Assembly: GCA_963706575.1 (NCBI GenBank)
Contig: CAVPNL010000013.1
Coordinates: 44,513 to 108,512 of the forward strand
Origin: an uncultured delta proteobacterium
GTDB taxonomy: Bacteria; Desulfobacterota; Desulfobacteria; Desulfobacterales; JAHEIW01
DNA: 64,000 nucleotides
Reading direction: 5' to 3'
The notes beneath the pieces were generated by a model. The model had not been told where the DNA came from. It searched no databases and worked only from the letters and a program-made list of their open reading frames with translations. Below, piece after piece: positions 1-9,638 of the stretch. How positions within the stretch are numbered: position 1 is the stretch's first letter; every line of letters begins with the position of its first letter. A program made the position numbers and the translations under genes.

Positions 1-231
1 TCACGCTGGTTGACCATTCATTCGACTATTCTCACACACCTTCAAGCGACCGTTCACCTCTGATCCGTCCGAGCCACCAAAAAAACGCTGATCTACTTTC
101 TGACTCCGATTGCAACAGCTTAGCGACACCAAAAAAATAATGACGTAAAACCCATCAAGGGGGAGATGGGCATCCAAGACAACAGCACGCTGATTAGGGG
201 GACGCTGTGTACCGTTTGTCTTGCATAAATG

Positions 232-265
232 GCCGAGTTGCCTCTTATGGGCGGCTCGGTTTTTT
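232..265 (+). terminator. Intrinsic terminator-like hairpin in the leader of the surface-protein gene
   Basis: Stem gccgagttgcc (232-242) / ggcggctcggt (250-260) with G-U pairs, followed by TTTTT. It ends about 25 nt before ATG 291. Confidence 0.6.
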
Positions 266-290
266 GATTTGCACAAAAAGGAGGTATGTC

Positions 291-2905
291 ATGAGGAGCT
301 TATTCATTAAGGTATATAAGCAATTAGGTTCGAAAAAACTACTGCTTAAATTGGCCGGGGTTTTATTTGTTCTCTTTTTCTTTTCCCTGAGTGCGAATGC
401 TGCTGTTGGAAACGTATTCGTCATCGTTCGGAAGGCTAGCGCGCCAGATGTTTATCCAGATATTCAGGTAAAAACGATTAGCATATCAGATTATAATTAC
501 GAATATGAATTGTATCAGTTGACCTTTAATGTCTCTGCAGGTGACTATTTGGGTTTTTCGCTCGGTTTTGATAATTACACAGACAATCCCGGTTCCGTTT
601 TGTACGACAAGGTTGAACTCAATGGCCCTTCGGGGGCAGTCGCAATTCCTAACTCGGGCTTCGAACAGGGCACAACAGGTTGGAACAAAAGCTGTCCCCC
701 ATGGGCAATTTCCACATTTACGGTCTCCGATGATGCCTATGAAGGTTCAAAGGCGGCGAATGTGACGGTTAACAATGCTTCCAATAATGGGTTTTGTTCA
801 ATCCGCAATGACCCGAATATCGCTATCGTTGAGACCGGGACCTACACGTTGAGTCTCTACGCCAAAGTGATAGAAGAGGAATTTCCGCCCGATGAAATTT
901 TCGCCATGGAAGTAGGCAACTGGTGGATATATGGCTCGAACAGCGAAAAAAGGGTTACCAGGCTAGATCAAACAACCTTCCGAAAAGATACTTATGAGGT
1001 AGAGTTTTTAGAAAACAGTATTTCCTTTGGGAAAGAATGGTACGAACCTTTTAAAGGAGAATTGAGATGGTGGGGATTTTTCGATGACGGTCAATTATTC
1101 AAATTTGATAATGGTCTTGTGGTGGCATGGTTCCCCGCCTCAGTGGGCGAGCTTCGTGAGTCTTCCACGGGGGCAGTCGGCTATAGTGGAAGTGTTAACA
1201 TGACCGTTGATGTGATGGCCGTTGAGCAATTATCACTTAGCTTTGGTACTCTAGACGCTTACAAATTACGCTATAGGCTTACGGACAGCGAGCCGGGTAC
1301 AGAGGTCCTAACTTATTATTACTGGTTGGTGCCATATTTAGGTATTGTAAAAATGGAATATGAGGGGGAATCAGAGCAACTTACATCCTTTGCCATCGGC
1401 GGCGGAACGATAACTCAGGATACCGACACGGATGGTGACGGTCTTAAGGATTATGAGGAACTCAGTATATATAACACGGACAGGCTGGACGCCGATACGG
1501 ATGATGACGGTCTTACCGATGGCGAGGAAGTAAACACTCATGATACGGATCCAAACGATAACGATACAGATGATGATGGTCTTACTGATGGGGAGGAAGT
1601 CAATACCCATGGTACAGATCCAACTAACGAAGATACAGACAATGACGGCCTTAGCGATGGTGATGAAATCAATACCCACAACACCGATCCAAACAACGAA
1701 GATACAGATGGAGATGAACTTAATGATGGGGATGAAATCGCCATCGGTACTGATCCGAACAACTCTGATACCGATGGAGATGGAATGCCCGATGGCTGGG
1801 AGGATGATCACGGCTTAGATCCATTGACTGATGATGCAGACGCTGACCCGGATGGAGACGGTTTAACAAACTTCGAAGAATACGGGTTGGGAAGACACCC
1901 GACTAACGTGGAACCGGATGCACCGGTACTTTTACTGCCCGATGATGCAGAAACCGATATTTTACTGACACCGCAACTGCAAACGCAGAGTTTTTCGGAT
2001 ATGGACGGGCATGACCACAGCCTGACCCATTGGCAGATCGGCAAACGCATCGGAAATCCCGAACCCTGCACAGAGGAATCATTTACCAATTCTGACTACA
2101 TGGTATTTGATGCCACCTCCGACACCCAACTGACCCTGTTTAACGTGCCGGATTTACTTTTAGATGTCGACACCGGTTATTGCTGGCGGGCTAGATTCAC
2201 AGACACCGGCAATGCCACATCTGAATGGGCTGACCCGTTTTCATTTACAACAGTTGCGCAGTCTGAAGACGATCAAAATGATAACGGGATCCCCGATGAT
2301 CAGGAAGCTGACTGTCTGGGGATATTTGATCCTGGTGAGGTGCCGCCAAATACCGTGTGCGTTGATACGCTGGTGGGCAACGCCCAGGTCGGCATAGAAC
2401 CTTCAGCCAATATTGTCAGCATCGATGCCTTTCGGTCAGTTGATCCCCAGGAGATTCCGGAAAAACTGCAGGGAGTGGAACTGTTAATGGGATTGATGAG
2501 TTTTAAGGCAGAAGTTGACCAGGTAGGCGGTACCATGCAGATGACGTTTCACACCTCTATACCGATGCCCATTGAGGCTGAATGCTATAGATATGACCCC
2601 GTCAATGGTTGGCATAATTATTCCGCGCATATGGTAGCAATCAGTCCTGATAGAAAAGCGATAACCTTGGAGTACAAGGATGGGGATTTTGGTGATTTGG
2701 ATGGGGTTGCAAATAAATTCATTATCGATCCGTCGGTTTTGGCGTTGCTGCCGCCGGAGGTGGCGGTGGCGGTGGTGGCGGTGGGTGCCTGATCTCCACC
2801 GCTGCATACGGGTTCCGTATGCTAAAAGAATCATTGGCCTTAGTACTTCTTTTCGGACTTTTGATGTTCGGTCTTTTAGAGTTTAGAAAGAAGTTTAAGA
2901 AATAA
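291..2905 (+). CDS. Secreted/surface protein: carbohydrate-binding-like N-terminal region, TSP3-like Ca-binding repeats, choice-of-anchor-U-like domain, Gly-rich C-terminal sorting signal (frameshift near 2730)
   Basis: AGGAGG RBS before ATG 291; signal peptide ending SANA; DTDxDGLxDxxE repeats; DGDFGDLDGVANKFIIDP motif. A shifted frame continues GFGVAAAG-polyG-CLISTAAYG, a TM helix and RKKFKK to TAA at 2903-2905. Confidence 0.8.
1419..1907 (+). repeat. About 7 tandem ~69-bp coding repeats (DTDxDGLxDGEE...TDP, TSP3-like Ca-binding)
   Basis: Units such as DTDDDGLTDGEEVNTHDTDPNDN and DTDDDGLTDGEEVNTHGTDPTNE are visible in the translation. Confidence 0.9.
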
Positions 2906-2930
2906 AAATACATTTCCGTTTTTGTGCTAA

Positions 2931-2965
2931 AAAGGCAGAGTCTTAGGAGGCTCTGCCTTTGTTTT
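2931..2965 (+). terminator. Rho-independent terminator
   Basis: aaaggcagagtct / aggctctgccttt stem followed by GTTTT, just after the frame-corrected stop at 2905. Confidence 0.75.
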
Positions 2966-3113
2966 ATGAAGCACTGTGGGGTGTTTGCAAAGAAGATGAG
3001 ACAAACACTTACGCCTAATAATAACCATGAAACTATTTTTGCTTTGTAAATATTTTTATTAACTCGCTAAGCTTTCGATTTAACTACTTAATTTCAGATA
3101 CGCCCAAAACCAG

Positions 3114-3130
3114 GTCAACGCTTGTTGCAC
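3114..3130. promoter_or_regulatory. Putative upstream activator site GTCAAC-N4-GTTGCAC
   Basis: gtcaacgcttgttgcac; a near-identical copy lies at 12229-12245 at almost the same distance from a sigma-54 motif. Confidence 0.55.
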
Positions 3131-3320
3131 CTCTCATTGAATTCGGTTCCTGAATCACTCGCGCCCCCGCTTACCACCTGCCAGGTTTTTTCTTAAAAAT
3201 CCAGCTGAACAAACCCTATCAATAAATATAAAGCAAATTAACTAGTTATTGTTGACTGCCTTTCTGTATTCCTTCTCGCTGAACGATCTTCCTCCACCAG
3301 TTTAGAGAAATATGACTACC

Positions 3321-3336
3321 TGGCATATCACTTGCT
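3321..3336 (+). promoter_or_regulatory. Sigma-54 (-24/-12) promoter
   Basis: TGGCAT-ATCAC-TTGCT fits TGGCAC-N5-TTGCW, about 105 nt before ATG 3442. Confidence 0.75.
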
Positions 3337-3441
3337 CTGGATTGTAAGCAATAGCGGCAAGGTAGATAAAATTTTGATCAATTCGCATGACGAACTGAGG
3401 CTTTTTCTAACAAGAAATATTCATAAATCCGGGAGAAAAAA

Positions 3442-6400
3442 ATGGAAAAGATGCATTCAAAAAAATACTGCGTGGGCATTGATATCGGTTCAGTCAGTCT
3501 GAACTGTATTGTTATCAACACGGACAAGGAAGTCGTTTATGAATCTGCCTATAAGAGGCACTTTGGAAAAATTGATGAAGAGATTTTAAGTCTGGTTGAG
3601 AGATTGTTTCAGAAATTTGGGGAAAACCGGATTCAATCCATTTCTTTCACAGGCAGCCACGGCAAAAAGCTGGCTGAAAAATTGGGCGTCTTTTATGAGT
3701 TTGAAACCATCAGTCAGGTATTGGGCACCCTTCACCTGATTCCGGATGCAAAGAGTCTCATCTGTATGGGAGGCCAGGATACGGCTTTACTTCAAATTCA
3801 TCACGATGGAGATAGATGGGAGCTCGAAAGCTTTAACGCCAACGGGCCCTGTGCTTCGGGCACCGGATCCTTTCTTGATCAACAGGCAGAACGTTTGGCC
3901 ACCGCTTTGTACGAAAAGAACAAGGAAACATCTCAAAACCATATTGACAGGATTTTAAATGACTTCATCCACCTGGGTCTTAAAAGCGAAAAACCCGCCA
4001 ATGTGGCCTGCCGTTGCACCGTCTTTACCAAATCCGACATGATTCATCTTCAGAACAAGGGCGAAAAGCTTGAAGATATTATTTACGGTCTGCATGTCGG
4101 CAATGCCAGAAACTATGTCAGCACGATTGTCTGCAACCAGATGCTTGAAGATCCGATCATATTTGTGGGCGGGTTGTCCAAAAACGAATTACAGGTAAAA
4201 GCGTTTCAGGACTACTATCCGGACCTGATCGTCCCGCCGCATAACACCTCCACCGGCGCGCTCGGCGTTGCCTTAAAAGCCCTGGAGTTAAAAAGAGAAG
4301 GATACCTTTGATCTTGGCGACCTGAAAAAAGCAAACCTTCGCGGGGATATTGCAGTGCCCAAGGCCCCCAGGCTGGTCTTGAAAAAAACCAAACTGCCGA
4401 ATCCCCAACCATCCCGCAGAAAATTTTTGGCGATCAGAACCCGGGCCTTCCTCGGTATCGATATTGGCTCGACAACCACCAAATATGCGTTGATAGACGA
4501 AAACCATCATTTAATCCACAAAAGCTATGTGCATACCCGGGGAAAACCGATCGAGGTGACCCAGAAACTTTTAAAGCACATCATGGATGAGCTGGACGAT
4601 AAAGTCGAGATCATGGGAGTGGCCACCACCGGCTCGGGAAGATATGTGGTCGGTGACTTTTTAAATGTGGATTTAACGATTGACGAAATCACCGCCCATG
4701 CCCGGGGGGCGGTCGAAATTGATCCCGAAGTGGACACCATTTTTGAAATCGGCGGCCAGGACTCGAAATACATTTCACTGGTCAACGCTAACCCGCTTGA
4801 TTTCGACATGAACAAAGTTTGTGCAGCCGGCACCGGCAGCTTCCTGCATGAGCTGGCCAATAAATACGGCATCAATATTGTCGGTGAATTTCAGGATATT
4901 GCCCTTTCTTCCAGGACACCGGTCAAACTCACCGATCGCTGCACCGTTTTTATGGAATCAGACCTGGTCTCCTATTACCAGAAAGGCGCATCCCGCGAAG
5001 ACCTGATGGCCGGTCTTTGCTACGCCATCGTGCATAATTATTTGAACCGGGTTGTCGGCAAACGAAATATCGGGCGGCGGATTATGTTTTTGGGGGGCCC
5101 TTCTTTAAATAAAGGCGTTGTGGCGGCCTTTGAAAATGTTCTGGGCCATGGCCTGCTCGTTCCGCTTCACAGAGAGGTCCTCGGGGCCTATGGAGCGGCC
5201 ATCTGTGTTCAGCAAAAAATGCAATCTGAAGACAAAGACCGCAGCACCTTCAGAGGAATGCACAGCGCAATTCATGATCGCATGAACTTCAAGGAGAAAG
5301 TGTGCCGAGTTGACCCAAATTGCCATAATCAGTGCAAGCTCAAAATCTATCAATTTGACAATCGGCGAAGTATCTGGGGCGGCGAATGCGGCCGCCACGA
5401 GTTAGCACGAAACCTTAGCAAAGGAAAAGACAATTATTTTAAACTCAGACGGATGCTGTGGGAAACCCACATGGCCGGTGTGTACAAAGAACTGGAAGAT
5501 CAGCCGCTGATGGAAATTGAGGGTCGCCCGACAATCGGGATGCAACGGGCACTTTACGGCCATCAGACGGCAATCCTGTGGGCCCATTTTTTTGACCGGC
5601 TCGGATATCGCCTGGTGCTCACACCACCCACCAGCGCCCGCGTATCCACCAAGGGGGTAGAGAAGGCGGTGGACGGCGTTTGTTACCCCGTCAAAGTCTC
5701 CTATGGCCATATCGAGCAACTGGCGGGCAAAACAAGATATCTTTTTATTCCAAGCCTGACCAAGATGCCGACACCGAAGCCATCTGAGACCGGATTTTAC
5801 TGCCCCATGGTTCAGAGCAATTCGTATATGGTTCGTATGACCTTCGACCTGGACCGGGTATCAATCCTAAATCCGGTTCTTAATCTGAAATACGACCCCG
5901 CTACCCTTGCGGTGGAAATATACCGGCAAATGGGTACACGGCTGGGTTTATCTAAAAAATTGATAAGTAAAGCGTTGTCCTATGCAATTGAACGGCAGCG
6001 GCAATTCGTGGCGGACATGTATCAACAGGGAGGCAAAATTCTTCGAAAACTGGATTCAAATGAACCCATCATGGTGGTTAGCGGTCGTCCCTATAATCTT
6101 TACGACGACAGGTTGAATCTAAGGCTCGGCCAAAACCTGGCCAAGCTTGGCATCGCAGCGTTGCCGATGGATTTTATCGACGCCGGCGCGGTGGACCTGG
6201 CGGAATTTCCCGCGATGTTCTGGGGTTTGGGCGCTCAGATCCTCAAAACGGCAAAGATCGTAGCCAGAAACTCAAACTATTTCGGTTTGCATTTGACCAA
6301 TTTCGGCTGTGGTGCGGATTCATTTGTTGAGCACTTTTACAAATCCATCATGGGAGACAAGGCCTATTTAATCCTTGAATTAGATGAGCACAGCGCCGCT

Positions 6401-6508
6401 GCCGGTGTTATGACACGGCTCGAAGCTTATAAAAACGTGATCGAAAACAGCATGCAAGCGTCGCAACTCGCAACCCAATTACAAAAGATCCATTCACAAA
6501 AGAGGTAA
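3442..6508 (+). CDS. Acyl-CoA dehydratase activase (2x BcrAD_BadFG + DUF2229), PlsA/Ger-like; split by a +1 frameshift near 4300
   Basis: GIDIGSVS and GIDIGSTTTK ATPase motifs, GGQD, CASGTGSFL/CAAGTGSFL, CTVF, CYPVKVSYGH, FYCP, NFGCGAD. Removing one base at gaag-gat joins ORF 3442-4311 to 4355-6508 (ELKRE-DTFDLGDLKKANLRGDIAVP). Confidence 0.85.
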
Positions 6509-6512
6509 AAAA

Positions 6513-7886
6513 ATGAAATCAAAACAACAAGGTAATTTCGATTCGCCGACAAACCGCATTGGCAAGTTTCATCTTCAGAATAAGACCGTCCTGATCCCCG
6601 AGATGAACCGTATCGCCGCTCACCTGATTGCGGCAACTTTCAGAAGTTTTGGCAGCAATGCAAGGGTGCTGAAAACTTACCATGGTCTTGATCTGGGCAA
6701 AAAGTACACTTCCGGCAAGGAATGCTTCCCCTGCCAGGTTACGCTGGGAGACATTCTGCTTTTCCTCAAAACCGAGCAGGAGAGACTGGGCGCCGCCTTT
6801 GATCCGGAAGATTATCTGTATTTTTTGCCGGAGTCCGACGGGCCCTGTCGATTCGGCATGTACAATACGTTCCAGCGAATGGTGTTGGATTCTTTTCCGG
6901 GACTCGAGCGGGTCAGAATCGTTTCGATCACTGCCAAAGACGGCTATTCACTTGAAGGGGTGATTGAACAGGAACGCATGCTAGCTTTCAGAAAGGCAAG
7001 CTATATTGCCGTGGTGGTGGCCGACATCATGGAACGGCTTCTGTGGCGCATCAGGCCCTATGAAACTCAGGAAGGCATCACGGATGAATTTATTAAAAAA
7101 TCCATGTGGCATATGGAATCAATTTTTGAAACCCACGCGCTCACCAACGATTTTGGCCGGATACTGAATGAACTCGAAGAAATTACCAAAAATGGGAAAA
7201 CCCTGATTGATCCTGCGATTCCGACCAAACCGCTGATCGGGATTGTGGGCGAAATTTTTTTAAGAATGCATGTTGATTCCAATCAGGATGTGATCCGGGT
7301 TCTTGAAAAGCACGGCGCTGAAGTCGTTAATTCCTCACTGGCCGAATGGGTGAATTATATCACATACGGGCAATTAAGAGAGAACAGGATCAACTTCCGC
7401 TTAAACCTGAAACAACTTAACTTCGGCCGCTTAAAACATCATTTTCAAAAGATCATCAGCTTCGGTGGAGATCTTTTTTACCAGGAAATGAGACAAAAAC
7501 AGTTCTATAACCGCGCCACCCGGCTGATTGATTTTGAACACGATCATAAAGTGAGCCATCTGGAAAAGCTGCTCAAGAAAGAAGATATCTTTACCTTTGA
7601 TGTCACCACGGAAACCTGTCTGAGCATCGCGGCCATCCTGCAATTTGTTAAAGAAGGCTACAATGGCGTTGTCAATGTATATCCCTTCACCTGCATGCCG
7701 GGCATGACCACCTCGGCCATTGTAAAGCCGGTTCTGAACCGCATGAGAGTCCCCTATCTGGATACGCCCTATGACGGAAGCTTTCAGCCGGGTCGGGAAA
7801 CCGCATTAAGGACGTTCATGCATCAGGTCACCCAGCATTTCCAACGCCATGGCAGAAAAGGCATCATTCAGAAACGTGCGGCCTGA
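6513..7886 (+). CDS. 2-hydroxyacyl-CoA dehydratase family protein (PlsR-like partner)
   Basis: GKECFPC, GPCRFGMY, IGIVGEIFLR and PFTCMP motifs; starts 4 nt after the activase stop. Confidence 0.85.
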   Translation: MKSKQQGNFDSPTNRIGKFHLQNKTVLIPEMNRIAAHLIAATFRSFGSNARVLKTYHGLDLGKKYTSGKECFPCQVTLGDILLFLKTEQERLGAAFDPEDYLYFLPESDGPCRFGMYNTFQRMVLDSFPGLERVRIVSITAKDGYSLEGVIEQERMLAFRKASYIAVVVADIMERLLWRIRPYETQEGITDEFIKKSMWHMESIFETHALTNDFGRILNELEEITKNGKTLIDPAIPTKPLIGIVGEIFLRMHVDSNQDVIRVLEKHGAEVVNSSLAEWVNYITYGQLRENRINFRLNLKQLNFGRLKHHFQKIISFGGDLFYQEMRQKQFYNRATRLIDFEHDHKVSHLEKLLKKEDIFTFDVTTETCLSIAAILQFVKEGYNGVVNVYPFTCMPGMTTSAIVKPVLNRMRVPYLDTPYDGSFQPGRETALRTFMHQVTQHFQRHGRKGIIQKRAA

Positions 7887-7908
7887 ACCCGCAATACGGT
7901 CTAGCGAT

Positions 7909-9090
7909 ATGCTTTTAAGTCAATTAGAAAGCAAAGTGCAACCAGCGCCTCGACGACCTGAAAATTCTGTTCCGGGTCCGGTTAAACCGTCGGCCCTATC
8001 AGAAAATAATGTTCAAAAATTCGGTATCTACCGGCTGGTCGGCGGCGGACTGATTTTCATTGGATTAACGGCGGGCATATTCTGGTACCAATTTTCTGAG
8101 ATACCGATGGGCCAGCGTCCTCCGATTTGGCAGCAGCTGCAATGGCGCTATTTGTTCTGGCTATTGATCTTTCTTCCCGTCGAAACATTTGCGGCCGGTT
8201 TGCGGATCTGGGTGATCAGCCGCGCACTGCAGCCCGGCGTGAGTTTATGGACCTGTTTGAAGGCCGAGTGGGCCAACCTGGGTCTTGCCATGCTGACGCC
8301 TTCACAGACCGGTGGGGGGGTCGGTCAGATTTACATGCTGAGTCGTGGGGGCATGAATCTTGGTACCGCCCTGACTGTCAGTTTAATTTCCTTTTTGGGC
8401 AGCATGGTCGTTTTATTGTTTATTGGTATTTACTCGCTGCTGATCGCCAAAGTCGACCATTTGGTCGTCTTCTTCCAGGGGGCCCTGCTTATCTTTTTAC
8501 TTATTTTTGCGGTGGTGATTGTTGCAGTCTGCTGGCCCGGATCCCTGCGTTTTGTGATTTCGGGGATTTGCAGGGGGATCCAGAAGATATGTGACAAAAA
8601 ACACTCACCGAAGAACATCGGTTTACCGCAAAATTCCAGAATCAACCGCTTGACGAATCAGCTGCACAATTTTTCGGAAAAACTGATCGCTCTCTGCTAT
8701 ATGCACCAGGTCAACATGTGCCGGTTTTTCAGTCAGGATAAGGCCAGTTTTGCATGGGTGTGCTTCTTGAGCATCGTCTTTATGCTTTCACGTTCCATTA
8801 TGGCGTTTTTGTGTCTTCGCTTTCTCGGAATTCAAGCATCCAGCCTATTGAGTGTAATCGAAACCCAGTTAAGCCTGATATTCCTGATATACTTCGCGCC
8901 CACTCCGGGAAGTTCGGGCCTGGCTGAAGGCGCGTCGATGTTAATGATGAATGGCGCCATGTCGGCAGGGTTGGTGCCCTATTATAATCTGCTGTGGCGC
9001 TGTTCGACACTTTATCTGCCGGCCATCGCCGGACTGGTTTTTCTGTCGTGGGCGATTATTCAAGATACGCGCCGGGTCGTTGACCGCTGA
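7909..9090 (+). CDS. Lysylphosphatidylglycerol-synthase TM (UPF0104, flippase-like) membrane protein; alternative start 7849
   Basis: Multiple TM helices; LTPSQTGG, PTPGSSGLAEG and LLWR motifs. Confidence 0.8.
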   Translation: MLLSQLESKVQPAPRRPENSVPGPVKPSALSENNVQKFGIYRLVGGGLIFIGLTAGIFWYQFSEIPMGQRPPIWQQLQWRYLFWLLIFLPVETFAAGLRIWVISRALQPGVSLWTCLKAEWANLGLAMLTPSQTGGGVGQIYMLSRGGMNLGTALTVSLISFLGSMVVLLFIGIYSLLIAKVDHLVVFFQGALLIFLLIFAVVIVAVCWPGSLRFVISGICRGIQKICDKKHSPKNIGLPQNSRINRLTNQLHNFSEKLIALCYMHQVNMCRFFSQDKASFAWVCFLSIVFMLSRSIMAFLCLRFLGIQASSLLSVIETQLSLIFLIYFAPTPGSSGLAEGASMLMMNGAMSAGLVPYYNLLWRCSTLYLPAIAGLVFLSWAIIQDTRRVVDR

Positions 9091-9198
9091 CAGCGTAAGA
9101 TAGATGAGTCCGGTAGATTTCGAAATGCAACATCAACGCGATGTATTCAATCAAGCCTCTTGAAAAATCTTTAAATTAAGTCTAAACAATAACTTGAT

Positions 9199-9458
9199 TA
9201 GAAGTGGTTTCAAAACCTCAGATCAGGTTCCCCGCTTTAACGCGGGATTGCACGTCTTTATTTTATCAAATTAATGTGTGCATCAAAGTAAGGCGCAGGC
9301 CGATCGGGAAAGTCGTTGTTCTCAGCATACATGATGGGCTAGTATGTGAGCATTTACCGGAGGCTGTGCTGCACCCTTATTTAAAAAATCAGATGCGAAT
9401 CCCGCTTGCGGGGCAACGCAGCCATTGGGCCTCAGATGGGGTTTTGAAACCACTTCTA
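9199..9458. mobile_element. MITE-like element, about 260 bp
   Basis: Perfect 19-bp terminal inverted repeat tagaagtggtttcaaaacc (9199-9217) / ggttttgaaaccacttcta (9440-9458), including flanking TA; no transposase; internal hairpins. Confidence 0.75.
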
Positions 9459-9638
9459 GATGAATATGGGACAATGTGCTGCCGGCTAACTCTTGCCGAT
9501 TGCAGGGGTTTTGATCTCGGTACATGGTGCCTCGAAGATCGTGCGGGTTTAGAAAGAAAAAGATTTCTTTTCGGGTAATTTCCATCAGACGGTGAGATCC
9601 GGTTCAGGTTTGCAGCGTTTATCCTGCGTGCCTGAAAA

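Noticed and set aside
151..230. c-di-GMP-I or fluoride riboswitch (GGGACGC and GGAGATGG fragments)
   Set aside because: Flanking consensus elements (GGCAAA...GAAA, AAAGC after GACGC; the fluoride P1/pseudoknot partners) are missing.
1419..1907. CRISPR-like periodic repeats
   Set aside because: These are in-frame degenerate coding repeats with no unique spacers and no cas genes.
4309..4311. TGA ending ORF 3442-4311 as possible selenocysteine or readthrough
   Set aside because: The downstream ORF is in a different frame; a single extra base near 4300 explains the break.
9204..9578. 124-aa ORF and its antisense ORFs
   Set aside because: They overlap the MITE, lack an RBS and show no recognisable protein features.
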